Below are positions 9,889 through 20,646 of a stretch of 64,000 nucleotides of DNA, in pieces. The position numbers and the translations under genes are program-made. Source of the DNA: an uncultured Gammaproteobacteria bacterium (lineage in GTDB: Bacteria; Patescibacteriota; Patescibacteriia; UBA10025; JAHIVO01); NCBI GenBank assembly GCA_964592105.1, contig CAZQBL010000004.1:2256-66255 (forward strand), in the 5' to 3' direction. The stretch's first letter is position 1. Each line of letters opens with the position of its first letter. The notes beneath the pieces were generated by a model. The model saw only the letters and a list, made by a program, of their open reading frames with translations. It was not told the DNA's origin and made no database searches.

Positions 9889-11046
9889 ATGAAATTATTA
9901 GTTACAGGAGGCGCTGGGTTTATCGGCTCAAATTTTATACGTTATTGGTTGAAGAAATATCCAAATGATTCAATTTTAAATCTGGATAAATTAACTTATG
10001 CCGGAAACCCGTATGGCGAACCAGGGAAAGAAAAGCCCGCCAATCTGAGGGATCTTGAAGAAAATCCAAATTTAAAATTTGTCAAATTCGATATAACCTG
10101 CCCAATTGATACAAAGGAATCGAAAATCGAAAATGATCCGTTGAAAAAAGTCGAATTAGAAGGAAGGTTTGATAGAAAAAAATTTCTTCAGCTAGTAGAT
10201 TTTATAAGTGAATCTGATGCTGTTGTCCATTTTGCTGCCGAATCGCACGTTGATCGTTCATTGTTAGAAAAAGGAGGACATCCCACGGCCTTTGAGTTTG
10301 TGATTTCTAATGTATACGGAACGCATATTATGTTGGAGGCGGCTGTTAAAGCCTGGCAAGGCAAAATGAGCCAAAAACGCTTTCATCACGTTTCCACCGA
10401 TGAAGTTTTCGGAACGCTTCAATTGGGAGAAAAAAATAAGTTTAATGAACTAACGCGTTATGCGCCGCGTAGCCCTTACGCTGCTTCAAAAGCCTCGGCA
10501 GATCATTTAGTGAGGGCCTATAACATTAGTTTTGGACTGCCGACTACTATTTCAAACACAGAAAATAATTATGGTCCCTATCTTTATCCGGAAAAGCTAT
10601 TGTCATTGGCGATTACAAACCTTCTAGAAGGAAAAAAAGTGCCAATTTATGGTGAGGGGAAAAATGTCCGCGACTGGCTGTATGTTGAAGATCACTGTTT
10701 TGGGATTGACCTCATACTCAAAAAAGGGAAGCCGGGAGAAACCTACTGTATTGGCGGATTGACTCAGGACATTAATAATCTTCAGCTTATAAAAAAGGTC
10801 CTGGTTATCATGGGCAAAGACGAAAATTATATTGAATTTGTTAAAGACCGGCCTGGCCATGATTTACGATACGCCATTGATTGGTCAAAAGCGGAGCGGG
10901 AACTCGGCTACAGGCCGCAGCACGACTTAGATACTTATTTGGTAAAAATGATTAATTGGTATAAGGAGAACGAACAGTGGTGGAAACAGATTAAATCCGG
11001 TAAACTATACAAGGAATACTATAGAAAACAATACGAATTAAGATAA
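9889..11046 (+). CDS. rfbB: dTDP-glucose 4,6-dehydratase
   Basis: LDKLTYAGN, HFAAESHVDRS, HVSTDEVFG, SPYAASKA, RDWLYVEDH, DRPGHDLRYA. Confidence 0.95.
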   Translation: MKLLVTGGAGFIGSNFIRYWLKKYPNDSILNLDKLTYAGNPYGEPGKEKPANLRDLEENPNLKFVKFDITCPIDTKESKIENDPLKKVELEGRFDRKKFLQLVDFISESDAVVHFAAESHVDRSLLEKGGHPTAFEFVISNVYGTHIMLEAAVKAWQGKMSQKRFHHVSTDEVFGTLQLGEKNKFNELTRYAPRSPYAASKASADHLVRAYNISFGLPTTISNTENNYGPYLYPEKLLSLAITNLLEGKKVPIYGEGKNVRDWLYVEDHCFGIDLILKKGKPGETYCIGGLTQDINNLQLIKKVLVIMGKDENYIEFVKDRPGHDLRYAIDWSKAERELGYRPQHDLDTYLVKMINWYKENEQWWKQIKSGKLYKEYYRKQYELR

Positions 11047-11064
11047 TAATTAATTAACTTTTCA

Positions 11065-11904
11065 ATGAAAGTAATCATTATCGGCGCCAAAGGAATGCTA
11101 GGCCAAGAACTGGCCCGGACTTTTGTTAATTATCAAACTTTATTATGGGACCGGCACGAGATTGACATAACTGATAAGAATTCGGTGCGCAATAAGATAA
11201 AGCGGGAGAAACCCGATGTAATTATTAATGCCGCGGCCTATAATGACGTGGACGGTGCCGAGGAAAAAGAGTTTTTGGCTAATCAAATTAACGGATTTGG
11301 TCCAGGATACCTAGCTAAGTCGTTATCTGATTCTGGGGGCATTCTGGTGCATTACAGTACCGATTACGTTTTTAAAGGTGATAAGAAAGAAGGATATCAG
11401 GAAGAAGATTTTCCCGAGCCTCAATCTGCTTATGCTCGGTCAAAATACCTAGGTGAACAGGAGGTGCAAAAATACACAAATAAATTTTATATAATCAGAC
11501 TTTCGAGATTATTTGGGAAACCGGCTGCCAGTGTGACGGCAAAAAAAAGTTTTGTGCAGTTGATGCTTGATCTGGCTAAAACCAAAAAAATGCTTAATGT
11601 TGTTAATGAGGAACTCGACTGTCCGACTTTTGCTCCTGATTTGGCCCAACGGACTAGAGAAATAATTGAGCAAAAAAAACCCTACGGACTTTATCATGTT
11701 ACTAATAGCGGCGCCTGTACTTGGTATGATTTTGCCAAAGAGATATTTACTCTAAAAAATATTAGTGTTAAACTAAATCCAGTACCGGCAGACTTTTTCC
11801 CCAGACCTGCCGTGCGTCCTAAGTTTTCTGTTTTGCTTAATACCAAGTTGGCCGCGATGAGGAGCTGGCAGGAAGCGCTGAAAGAATTTATAATAAACAA
11901 TTAA
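11065..11904 (+). CDS. rfbD: dTDP-4-dehydrorhamnose reductase
   Basis: GAKGMLG, INAAAY, HYSTDYVF, YARSKYLGE, RPAVRPKFSVL. Confidence 0.93.
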   Translation: MKVIIIGAKGMLGQELARTFVNYQTLLWDRHEIDITDKNSVRNKIKREKPDVIINAAAYNDVDGAEEKEFLANQINGFGPGYLAKSLSDSGGILVHYSTDYVFKGDKKEGYQEEDFPEPQSAYARSKYLGEQEVQKYTNKFYIIRLSRLFGKPAASVTAKKSFVQLMLDLAKTKKMLNVVNEELDCPTFAPDLAQRTREIIEQKKPYGLYHVTNSGACTWYDFAKEIFTLKNISVKLNPVPADFFPRPAVRPKFSVLLNTKLAAMRSWQEALKEFIINN

Positions 11905-12359
11905 TGTATAATCAATTTGGCATAGCCGTTGGCGCGTTAGTCTTAAAAGGAAAGAAGGTACTTTTACTCCATCGAACCGACTATGACATGTGGGACTTGC
12001 CCTCAGGTGGCCTGGAGCCGAATGAAGATATTTTGCAGGCACTGAAACGAGAGATTAAAGAAGAGACGGGACTGAAAGTTGAACCAAAAAAATTAGTTGG
12101 AGTATATCATAACTTTATAACAAGAGTGATTGTCCTTTTATTTACGGTCAGAGTTATTTCCGGCCATCTAACAGAAAATAGCGAGGCAGACAATTTTGGA
12201 TATTTTCACTACCAAAGGTTGCCAAAAAACACATTTCCCAAGCAAGTTGAAAGAATAAACGATTATTTCGCACAAAAAATCAAACCGGTTATTAAGGTAC
12301 AAAAAAGCATTCCTAGCACAAAAGCGCTTAAACTCCATAAAAAAAATAAAAAATATTGA
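11904..12359 (+). CDS. NUDIX hydrolase
   Basis: Nudix box LPSGGLEPNEDILQALKREIKEETGL. Confidence 0.9.
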   Translation: MYNQFGIAVGALVLKGKKVLLLHRTDYDMWDLPSGGLEPNEDILQALKREIKEETGLKVEPKKLVGVYHNFITRVIVLLFTVRVISGHLTENSEADNFGYFHYQRLPKNTFPKQVERINDYFAQKIKPVIKVQKSIPSTKALKLHKKNKKY

Positions 12360-12385
12360 TAATGAATAATTAAACATACACAACT

Positions 12386-13105
12386 ATGAAGGGAATAATT
12401 TTAGCCGGAGGATTAGCAACCAGATTGAGACCTTTGACCCTAGTTACCAGCAAACAACTGCTGCCGGTTTATGACAAGCCCATGATTTTTTATCCGCTCA
12501 ACACTCTACTCAGTGCCGGAATAAAAGAAATTTTAATCATTATTGCGCCTGAGTACGCAGGCCATTTTTTGCATTTATTAGGTTCTGGTAAGGAATTCGG
12601 GGCAAAGTTTACTTATGAGATTCAAGAAAAACCCAGGGGGTTAGCCGATGCTTTTATCATTGGTGAAGACTTTATGGATAACGACAATGTAACTATGATT
12701 TTAGGAGATAATATTTTTGGTTGCGATGTTTCCGAAGATATAAAATCTTTTAAGAGTGGCGCGAGAGTATTTGCCAAAAAAGTTCCAGATCCGCAAAGGT
12801 ATGGTGTAGTAAAATTTGACGCCAACAATAAAGCTGTGGAAATAAAAGAAAAACCTCAGGAATGGATTAGTGATTTTGCAGTCGTAGGTTTATATATTTA
12901 CGACAAGCGAGTTTGCCAATTCGCCAAGGAAGTTAAGCCCTCGGCTCGTGGCGAGTTAGAGATAGTCGATCTGCACAATAAATACTTAAGTTTGGGCGAA
13001 TTGGATGTTAGAACAATTAACGGTGAGTGGTTCGACGCCGGGACGTTTGATTCTCTTCTGGCGGCAGGAAATTTTGTCAGTAAAAATAAAAAAAATTTTT
13101 CTTGA
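12386..13105 (+). CDS. rfbA: Glucose-1-phosphate thymidylyltransferase (short form)
   Basis: GIILAGGLATRLRPLT, SKQLLPVYDKPMI, PSARGELEI, WFDAGT. Confidence 0.92.
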   Translation: MKGIILAGGLATRLRPLTLVTSKQLLPVYDKPMIFYPLNTLLSAGIKEILIIIAPEYAGHFLHLLGSGKEFGAKFTYEIQEKPRGLADAFIIGEDFMDNDNVTMILGDNIFGCDVSEDIKSFKSGARVFAKKVPDPQRYGVVKFDANNKAVEIKEKPQEWISDFAVVGLYIYDKRVCQFAKEVKPSARGELEIVDLHNKYLSLGELDVRTINGEWFDAGTFDSLLAAGNFVSKNKKNFS

Positions 13106-13120
13106 GCGTAAGGTAGTTTT

Positions 13121-13145
13121 AAAATTCCGAGGTTGCGGGATTTTT
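13121..13145. terminator. Probable bidirectional intrinsic terminator
   Basis: AAAATTCCG...CGGGATTTT hairpin between convergent genes. Confidence 0.55.
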
Positions 13146-14433
13146 AGAAAGAAAAAATCTTTAATCGCCCATCAGTGATTATCATGGCGTAATCACCATC
13201 ATTATCGACCGCCAAGTGGTTTAGGTGGTTAATTGATAATTTATAAATATTTGGGCTTTCTTGGGCATTCTCCAGAATGGTTAATCCAGAATTGTTCTGG
13301 CCATAAATTATGTAGTTTTGGGCTTTTAGCCAGGCCGCCGAATTGATAATATCGGATGTCCTGGTAACTAGTTCTTTTTCTCCGTTGGCCAGATTTAAAA
13401 TCCAAATTTCATGTTCATTGAAGGTGACGACTGTTTCATTATTTCCTGTAAAGGCGAGTCCCGTCACCTCCTCGGAAAATTCGTGGTAATCGTTTTTATT
13501 GATATTATATATAAACATTTTCTTTTGTGTGGTATTTAAAATACACAGGTAATTATCGGAGCAATTGTAAAATTGCATATTGCTTTGTGACGGTAAATTT
13601 ATTTGATTTATAATTTTAAGGTCTGATTTGAAAAAGTTGAGTTGATTATTTTCCGTGTAAACAAAGAGGTTGTCCTGAACTGGCCAAACATTTTTTTTGT
13701 CAGAAATTAAAGTTTTTGTGTTTTGTAAAATATTGATACGAAATAAACCCTCCGTGGTATTAGCGTACAACACTGAGTTTTCAGACAAACTCCATTTGAG
13801 GCTTGTGATGACCAGATTGTATTTTTTGGTGAGGTCAATTATTTTTTCCGGCTGATTGACTTCAATAACTAGCCCGTCGCCATCATCGTTTTTTACAGCC
13901 AGATAATTTTCATCCGAAGACCACTCAAGTGAAGGGCCGCGGCCATTATATTTAAAGTCATGTAAGATTACCCCGGTCGCCGTATTTATTATAAAACAAT
14001 ATTGATTTTGAATAGCAGCAATTTTCCTGCCAGAGGGCGAGAAAGATGCTGAAATAATGTCCCCCCAGGAGGAATTTTCCAGGGGTGTCTCGTCTTTTAT
14101 TAGGTTAATTGCGTCAAAGCGCCAACTCTGTCCGGCTTCAATCACGACTTTTCTGGACCAGTTATAATAACCCTCAAGAGAAACTGTAATTTCATATTTA
14201 TCAGGCTTTAGATTATTAACAGTTAATGGCGTTTTTTTTGTTAATAATTTTCCATTGATACTCACTGAAGCATTACGTGGTTCTGTTTTTATTAGTAAAC
14301 CACCAACTTTTTGGATCTGACGTGTTTGCCAATCCAGTCGCCAGCCAGCGGCGTAAAAAATTACCAAGGAGGCCACAATAAAAAACAAAATAATAATTAC
14401 TATGAAATAATATAATCTTTGCCGGTAAGTCAT
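13144..14433 (-). CDS. PEGA-domain membrane protein with C-terminal beta-propeller
   Basis: N-terminal TM, GGLLIKTEPRNASVSING...LKPDKYEITVSLEGYYNW (PEGA), then FSPSG/WSSDE propeller-like repeats. Confidence 0.8.
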   Translation of the reverse strand: MTYRQRLYYFIVIIILFFIVASLVIFYAAGWRLDWQTRQIQKVGGLLIKTEPRNASVSINGKLLTKKTPLTVNNLKPDKYEITVSLEGYYNWSRKVVIEAGQSWRFDAINLIKDETPLENSSWGDIISASFSPSGRKIAAIQNQYCFIINTATGVILHDFKYNGRGPSLEWSSDENYLAVKNDDGDGLVIEVNQPEKIIDLTKKYNLVITSLKWSLSENSVLYANTTEGLFRINILQNTKTLISDKKNVWPVQDNLFVYTENNQLNFFKSDLKIINQINLPSQSNMQFYNCSDNYLCILNTTQKKMFIYNINKNDYHEFSEEVTGLAFTGNNETVVTFNEHEIWILNLANGEKELVTRTSDIINSAAWLKAQNYIIYGQNNSGLTILENAQESPNIYKLSINHLNHLAVDNDGDYAMIITDGRLKIFSF

Positions 14434-14530
14434 ATTAGCTGTTATTATATTATTTTTGACCGAATTTGTCGATTCGGCTTGGCTTGTATTTAATGATTTG
14501 GTATACTATTATTGAACTCAAGCAAAAAAT

Positions 14531-15784
14531 ATGTCCAAATTTATTATTCAAGGAGGTCACTCCCTGAAAGGCGAAATAAGCGTCGGTGGTGCCAAAAACT
14601 CAGCCATGAAAATGATGGCCGCTGCTTTGCTTACTAAAGATACGGTGGAACTCCACAATGTTCCTGACATTCAGGATATTCAAACAATGCAAAGAATCCT
14701 AGAGAAGCTTGGAGCAAAAATTGAGTTTAAAAATGGAGTGATGGCCATTCTGGCCCGCGATGTGTCAGATTATTCTCCCGATTATCAATTAGTTAAACAC
14801 ATGCGAGGTTCGGTGGTGGTAGTTGGTCCCTTGTTGAGCAGATTTGGGCAGGCCAAAATACCCCAACCAGGCGGGTGTCTTATTGGTTCCCGACCCATAG
14901 ACACTCATCTCAATGCTTTTACCCAGCTTGGCGTGGCAGTGAAGTCTGAGCAGGATTATTATATTTTAGATGGTCGGAGAATGAAAGGGGGCAAAGTTAT
15001 TCTTGATGAAATGAGTGTGACTGCCACGGAGAACGTATTAATGGCGGCTACTTTAGCCAAAGGCACCACAACCATTCATCTTAGTGCTTGTGAACCCGAG
15101 ATTGTAGATTTAGCGACTATGCTCATAAAAATGGGCGCCAAGATTAAAGGCGCCGGAACTTCAGTCATAACCGTGGAGGGAGTTGATAAATTACACGGGG
15201 TAAAACATACGGTTATTCCCGATCGAATAGAAGCGGGTACTTTTGCTATTGCCGCAGCGGTTAGCCGTGGTGATGTACGAATAAAAAATTTCGTAGCCGA
15301 TCATCTGGAATTAGTTTTGAATAAATTCCGCCAAAGTAATGTCAATTTTGAGGTTGAGGATGATAAAACTCTGCGGATTAAGCCGACTACTATTTTTAAA
15401 CCTATTAACTTTGATACACGTCCTTATCCAGGATTCCCCACTGATTTACAGGCGCCAATGTCGGTTTTGTTGACACAGGCCAATGGTACGAGTCGGATAT
15501 TCGAAACCATGTACGAAGGTCGATTGGGATATGTCAAAGAACTGGCCAAGATGGGCGCTGATACTAATATAATTGACGCTCATACCGTTATCATCAATGG
15601 GCCAACGCCGTTATATGGCAAGGAAATTACTTCATTTGATATCAGGGCAGGAGCCACTCTGATTATAGCAGCCTTGATTGCTCATGGCGAAAGTATAATA
15701 GATCGCATTGAACTGGTTGACCGCGGCTATGAAACGATAGAAAAAAGGCTTGTCAATTTAGGAGCTAAGATAAAAAGAATTTAA
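14531..15784 (+). CDS. murA: UDP-N-acetylglucosamine 1-carboxyvinyltransferase
   Basis: GAKNS, PGGCLIGSRPIDTH, PDRIEAGT, PYPGFPTDLQ, DIRAGA, DRGYE. Confidence 0.97.
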   Translation: MSKFIIQGGHSLKGEISVGGAKNSAMKMMAAALLTKDTVELHNVPDIQDIQTMQRILEKLGAKIEFKNGVMAILARDVSDYSPDYQLVKHMRGSVVVVGPLLSRFGQAKIPQPGGCLIGSRPIDTHLNAFTQLGVAVKSEQDYYILDGRRMKGGKVILDEMSVTATENVLMAATLAKGTTTIHLSACEPEIVDLATMLIKMGAKIKGAGTSVITVEGVDKLHGVKHTVIPDRIEAGTFAIAAAVSRGDVRIKNFVADHLELVLNKFRQSNVNFEVEDDKTLRIKPTTIFKPINFDTRPYPGFPTDLQAPMSVLLTQANGTSRIFETMYEGRLGYVKELAKMGADTNIIDAHTVIINGPTPLYGKEITSFDIRAGATLIIAALIAHGESIIDRIELVDRGYETIEKRLVNLGAKIKRI

Positions 15785-15787
15785 TTT

Positions 15788-17026
15788 ATGAACGATAATT
15801 TCACACCAGTCAACCAAACAAAACGAACCAAAAGCAAATTTTCCATTATTTTTTTGGTTCTCATTATCATGTTGGCATTCTTATCAGGAATTTATTTGGG
15901 CGTTTGGCAATCTTATCGGACTTTTAGCCAAACACCAATTTCTGATTTAATAAGTAATCACATAAATTTACCTTTTTCTGACAAAGTCGATACCTCACTT
16001 TTTAATAAGGTTTGGCAGTCAATAAGTGAGAAATATATCAACGGTCCAATTGACGAGAAAACCGCCTATTACGGAGCTTTACAAGGATTGGTAAAAAGCT
16101 TGGGCGATCCCTATTCTGTTTTTTTTGACCCTTCTCAAACAGTTGATTTTAATCAGGAATTGAGCGGTAATTTTGAAGGTATAGGCGCCGAGATTGGAAT
16201 TAAAAATAATCAGCTCACCATTATCGCATCATTATCGCATACGCCAGCTGAAGCAGCAGGACTTAAAGCCGGGGACAAAATAATCAGAATTGACGGGCGC
16301 GATACCGCGGAAATGAGTTTAGATCAAGCAATTAGTTTGATCCGCGGCGAAAAAGGCACGGTAGTAACATTAAACATCTTCCCTGCTGGCCAAAATGAGA
16401 TAAAAGAAATAAAGATTACCAGGGAGGTTATCAAGGTGAAGAGCGTAAACTGGCAGATGAAAGACGGTAATATCGCCTGGGTGGGAATCTCACACTTTAA
16501 CAGTGATACCGATGAAGAGTTTAATAAAATTGTTCAGGAGATTGTCGTAAAAAACCCTAAAGGTATCATTTTGGACCTTAGGAACAACCCTGGAGGATTT
16601 TTGGAAACGGCAGTTTATATAGCCGGCGTCTTTCTGGATAAAAAAGTAATTGTAATTGAGGATTTTGGTACGAAGAAAAATGAATACAGGTCCACCAATA
16701 ATTCGCCTTTCAAGGATATAAAGACGGTAGTGCTGGTCAATTTGGGTAGTGCTTCAGCGTCAGAGATAATTGCCGGTGCTCTTCAAGATTACCAAAAAGC
16801 CGTGATAGTAGGACAAAAAACATTTGGCAAGGGTTCGGTACAAAATTTTGAGGAATTTGCCGATGGTTCCTCTTTGAAATTGACAGTGGCCAAGTGGCTA
16901 ACTCCCAATGGTCGGTCAATAGATGATTCCGGAATAACCCCAGACGTTGAAGTTGCCATGACGGACGATGATTACAATAACGATAAGGACCCCCAGCTGG
17001 ATAAGGCCCTCGAACTTCTAAAGTAA
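15788..17026 (+). CDS. ctpA: Carboxyl-terminal processing protease, S41 family with PDZ domain
   Basis: [41 protein letters not shown]. Confidence 0.93.
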   Translation: MNDNFTPVNQTKRTKSKFSIIFLVLIIMLAFLSGIYLGVWQSYRTFSQTPISDLISNHINLPFSDKVDTSLFNKVWQSISEKYINGPIDEKTAYYGALQGLVKSLGDPYSVFFDPSQTVDFNQELSGNFEGIGAEIGIKNNQLTIIASLSHTPAEAAGLKAGDKIIRIDGRDTAEMSLDQAISLIRGEKGTVVTLNIFPAGQNEIKEIKITREVIKVKSVNWQMKDGNIAWVGISHFNSDTDEEFNKIVQEIVVKNPKGIILDLRNNPGGFLETAVYIAGVFLDKKVIVIEDFGTKKNEYRSTNNSPFKDIKTVVLVNLGSASASEIIAGALQDYQKAVIVGQKTFGKGSVQNFEEFADGSSLKLTVAKWLTPNGRSIDDSGITPDVEVAMTDDDYNNDKDPQLDKALELLK

Positions 17027-17030
17027 AAAT

Positions 17031-17305
17031 ATGTCATGTCAGTATCATTTACGTCTCTTTGGTCAGGTCCAGGGAGTCGGCTTACGTTACGCGGTCAAAC
17101 AGCAGGCTATCAAAATGGGATTAAAGGGGTTTGTCAGGAATCTTGATGATGGCAGCGTAGAACTGGTTATCAACGGTCAGCTTAAAAAATTTATATCCTG
17201 TTTATATCCTGGCTTAAACGGAAATTTGGCCGGCATAACATTAGAAAAATTGAAGTTATAAAACAAAATTCCGAAAGGTTTGCTGATTTTAAAATTTTGT
17301 TCTAA
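17031..17305 (+). pseudogene. acyP: Acylphosphatase, frameshifted by an 11-bp tandem duplication
   Basis: [21 protein letters not shown]; TTTATATCCTG duplicated at 17190-17211; removing one copy gives ...[21 protein letters not shown]...FADFKILF* (87 aa). Confidence 0.82.
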
Positions 17306-17314
17306 AATTATTTT

Positions 17315-17752
17315 ATGGAAGTCGTGCTTTTAGCTGACCTAAAAAATTTCGGTAAAAAGGGCGAGGTGAAGATTGTTAGCGATGGTTACGCCCGTAATTA
17401 TCTATTTCCCAAAAAGCTAGCAGTTTTATCCACAGATGCACTGAAAGAACGATTAATACACGAAAAAAAACTCCGGGACGAAAAAATTGCCAAACAGCAG
17501 AAAACCAAGGCAGAATTAATTCATAAATTAAAGGAAACTCATCTGAAAATAACCAGCAAAGCCAGTGTGGCTGGCACTTTATTTAAGGGAATCAATCGCG
17601 AGGATATTGCCAAAAAATTCCGTGAAGTGACCGGTTTTGATCTTGATAAGAATTCGGTGATATTAGACCATCCCATAAAACATAGTGGTAGTTTTCAAAT
17701 AAATATAAGGATAATTAACAAAGAATATCCCTTAAAAGTGACAATTAACTAA
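17315..17752 (+). CDS. rplI: 50S ribosomal protein L9
   Basis: GKKGEVKIVSDGYARNYLFPKKLA. Confidence 0.95.
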   Translation: MEVVLLADLKNFGKKGEVKIVSDGYARNYLFPKKLAVLSTDALKERLIHEKKLRDEKIAKQQKTKAELIHKLKETHLKITSKASVAGTLFKGINREDIAKKFREVTGFDLDKNSVILDHPIKHSGSFQINIRIINKEYPLKVTIN

Positions 17753-17758
17753 TCGCCA

Positions 17759-19441
17759 ATGGAATGTCGTTATATATTCGTTTCCGGAGGTGTTCTTTCC
17801 GGTTTGGGTAAGGGCGTCGTGGCTGCGTCCATTGCTCATTTGTTGCAAAACAGAGGATATAAGGTGGGCGTGATTAAATGTGAGAATTATATTAATATTG
17901 ATTCAGGAACGATCAATCCTGTTGAACATGGGGATCCATTTTTATGTGAAGATGGATTAGAGGCCGATATGGACTTAGGCACTTATGAACGTTTTTTAAA
18001 TAAGGAAATGGGGCGTAGGAACTTCACGACCATGGGTCAGATTTACAAATCTGTAATAGACAGGGAAAGATCATTTGGTTATAACGGTGAAGATGTAGAG
18101 GCCATACCTCATGTTTCCGATGAAATCATCGCTAGAATCAAAGAAGCCGGCGAAGGTAATGAAATAATCGTTATCGAACTCGGCGGTACGGCCGGGGAGT
18201 ATCAAAACATGCTTTACTACGAAGCTTGCCGTATCATGAAAGCAAAAATGCCCGGGCATGTTTTGAATGTCCATGTCAGCTATGTGCCGATGCCCAAACA
18301 TATTGGCGAACCAAAAACCATGCCGACTCAATTGTCTATCCGAACGGTTATGAACATGGGCATTATACCAGAATTTTTGGTTTTGCGATGTGAAGTAGAA
18401 CTGGATAAAAGACGACGCTATTTGCTTGGCTTGAAATGTAACGTTTCCGGCGACAACGTTATTATGTCACCGGATTTGGATTGTGTTTATGATTTACCGT
18501 TATTGTTTGCTAAACAGAATTTTGATAGAAATATTTTGAAATTTTTTGACCTGAATTATCGACGACCGCATTTAGGTTCTTGGAAAAAACTGATCAGAAG
18601 CATTAAGTCCAAAAAGGATAAAAGCGTTGACATTGTTATTGCCGGAAAATACTTCAGCACCAAGGATTACGGCCTGACTGATACCTACGCCGCTTTAATT
18701 GAGGCTATTAAGCACGCCTGCTGGTATTTAAAGGTCAATTTGAATTTAAAAGTAGTCAACACTGAAAACATAGAAGAACAAGGTGTAAAAATTATTGGCA
18801 AGCCGCAAGGCATAATTGTTCCAATTGGCTGGGGTAATCGGGGCGCGGAAGGAAAGATTATGGCCATTCAATACGCGCGTGAGAAAAAAATTCCTTTTCT
18901 GGGACTGTGCTATGGTATGCAGTTGGCTTGCGTTGAATTTGCTAGAAACGTGGTTGGCTTAAAAGACGCTAATTCGGTAGAAATAAATCCCGAGACGAAA
19001 AATCCAATTATTCATAGCATTCCCATGTCTGCTAAATATCAAACCATTAAAGGCGAAGGTACTTCAATGCGCCTGGGGGCTTATGATTGTTATTTATTAG
19101 AAAAGAGTTTAGCCGCTACTATTTATTTAAAATATAACTCTGCTGAAATAGTTAGTGAAGCAAAAAAGAAAAACGATAAAATTGTAGCCCAAGGAAACGT
19201 TAAAATATCCGAAAGGCACCGGCACCGGTATGAATTTAATAATGATTATCGAAAAATACTTGAGGAACATGGCTTGATTATTTCAGGAACTTCTCCTGAT
19301 AATTTTTTCGTGGAAATGATAGAATTGCCAAAAAATTTACACCCTTTTTTTATTGCTACTCAAGGACATCCCGAATATAAATCAAAACCCCTAAAGCCCC
19401 ACCCGCTTTTTATAGAATTTATTAAAGCCAGTCTAAAATAA
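17759..19441 (+). CDS. pyrG: CTP synthase
   Basis: GGVLSGLGKG, DMDLGTYERF, KTMPTQ, GLCYGMQ, ERHRHRYE, QGHPE. Confidence 0.96.
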   Translation: MECRYIFVSGGVLSGLGKGVVAASIAHLLQNRGYKVGVIKCENYINIDSGTINPVEHGDPFLCEDGLEADMDLGTYERFLNKEMGRRNFTTMGQIYKSVIDRERSFGYNGEDVEAIPHVSDEIIARIKEAGEGNEIIVIELGGTAGEYQNMLYYEACRIMKAKMPGHVLNVHVSYVPMPKHIGEPKTMPTQLSIRTVMNMGIIPEFLVLRCEVELDKRRRYLLGLKCNVSGDNVIMSPDLDCVYDLPLLFAKQNFDRNILKFFDLNYRRPHLGSWKKLIRSIKSKKDKSVDIVIAGKYFSTKDYGLTDTYAALIEAIKHACWYLKVNLNLKVVNTENIEEQGVKIIGKPQGIIVPIGWGNRGAEGKIMAIQYAREKKIPFLGLCYGMQLACVEFARNVVGLKDANSVEINPETKNPIIHSIPMSAKYQTIKGEGTSMRLGAYDCYLLEKSLAATIYLKYNSAEIVSEAKKKNDKIVAQGNVKISERHRHRYEFNNDYRKILEEHGLIISGTSPDNFFVEMIELPKNLHPFFIATQGHPEYKSKPLKPHPLFIEFIKASLK

Positions 19442-19476
19442 AAAACAGCCTCAGCTTGAATATGGTGCTGTTTTTT
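19441..19476. terminator. Probable bidirectional terminator between pyrG and rpmA
   Basis: AAAAACAGC...GCTGTTTTTT inverted repeat. Confidence 0.55.
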
Positions 19477-19482
19477 GTTTTT

Positions 19483-19767
19483 TTATTTGGTTACAGGTTT
19501 GATACTGACAAAATTGGCGAAAACTAGGGAGTTATTAAATTTTTTTATCCTTTTCCGGCTGAATACAACCTGACCGTCTTGCAGCGCGAATAATGTGTTA
19601 TCGCGGCCCATTTTTACGTTTTTACCGGCACGATATTTTGTGCCTCTCTGTCTGACGATTATATTACCTGCTTTGGCAATTTGGCCACCATAAAGTTTTA
19701 CTCCCAGACGCTGTCCGTGGCTATCCCTGCCAAGACTTGTTGTGCCTACACCTTTTACGTGTGCCAT
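19483..19767 (-). CDS. rpmA: 50S ribosomal protein L27
   Basis: [24 protein letters not shown]. Confidence 0.97.
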   Translation of the reverse strand: MAHVKGVGTTSLGRDSHGQRLGVKLYGGQIAKAGNIIVRQRGTKYRAGKNVKMGRDNTLFALQDGQVVFSRKRIKKFNNSLVFANFVSIKPVTK

Positions 19768-19832
19768 ATTTAATTATTTGAATTATTAGATGATTTACAT
19801 TTTATATTAAGGCGGAAAAAAGTCAAATACCA

Positions 19833-20120
19833 CTAGAACGGATTCCTGAGGTTGCGCAAAACGTCAGCTTTTAGTTCTTGTTTTGTCTTAATTGACGTAT
19901 TAATTTGGTTAAAAAGCTCTATATTTACCTGCTGTTTTTTAGCAGTTATTTCCGTTGATGGAATTTCTTTTGGCGAGATGATTGTTGAATAGATATTGAC
20001 ATAGCAAAAGTAGCCGAACCAAATAATTAATAAAATCGAAAATGTTAACACTACCTTGTTCGTGTTTTTTAAAAGCCAGTTCAAGATACCCGAATATGAA
20101 ATAGATAATTTTACTTTCAT
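19833..20120 (-). CDS. Small membrane protein, positional PilP-like component
   Basis: Single TM, ends RNPF, last gene of the pilM-N-O run. Confidence 0.55.
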   Translation of the reverse strand: MKVKLSISYSGILNWLLKNTNKVVLTFSILLIIWFGYFCYVNIYSTIISPKEIPSTEITAKKQQVNIELFNQINTSIKTKQELKADVLRNLRNPF

Positions 20121-20124
20121 ATGA

Positions 20125-20646
20125 TTATTGGCTATAAGCCTTGGCGTTTAAATTTAATAAAATAGCTTCGCCGTCAACTGTTGCGTTAAAGACGGTAATA
20201 TTCAGGTAATAGTCCATGATTTCTAGGTCAGTTAAATAATATTGAAGTTGATCCCATCTCCCTCTGGCCTCGATGGAAAAATCCATCGTACCCGATTTTT
20301 CTATTTGTTGATTGGAATTGATGTTTATTTTTTGTACAACTTGTCTGGTAGTGGCGATGTTTTCCAGTGTCGATATAAATTCAAGTATTTTATCTTTACT
20401 GATAAATATTTTTGAAATATTGGCCGTATCATTTTTTATTTTGTTGTAATCCTGCCTGGTCGTTTCTAAATTGTTGCGTCTTTGTTCGAAAATGGCCAGT
20501 TGCACTCTTTTATCATAGGAATTTTTATTAACTATATTAATTTTGTTGTAATAGGGGATCATTACAAAAATTACTAATAATGTTGGTATACCTACCACTA
20601 AAGTTGCGAAGATATAAATTTTTCTGGTGAGTTCTTTACTGGGCAT
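20125..20646 (-). CDS. pilO: Type IV pilus assembly protein PilO-like
   Basis: N-terminal TM + coiled coil + FSIEARGRWDQLQYYLTDLE; position after pilN. Confidence 0.7.
   Translation of the reverse strand: MPSKELTRKIYIFATLVVGIPTLLVIFVMIPYYNKINIVNKNSYDKRVQLAIFEQRRNNLETTRQDYNKIKNDTANISKIFISKDKILEFISTLENIATTRQVVQKININSNQQIEKSGTMDFSIEARGRWDQLQYYLTDLEIMDYYLNITVFNATVDGEAILLNLNAKAYSQ

Noticed and set aside
14460-14477. CCGAAT...ATTCGG inverted repeat near the murA promoter
   Set aside because: 6-bp arms, single occurrence; insufficient for an operator call.
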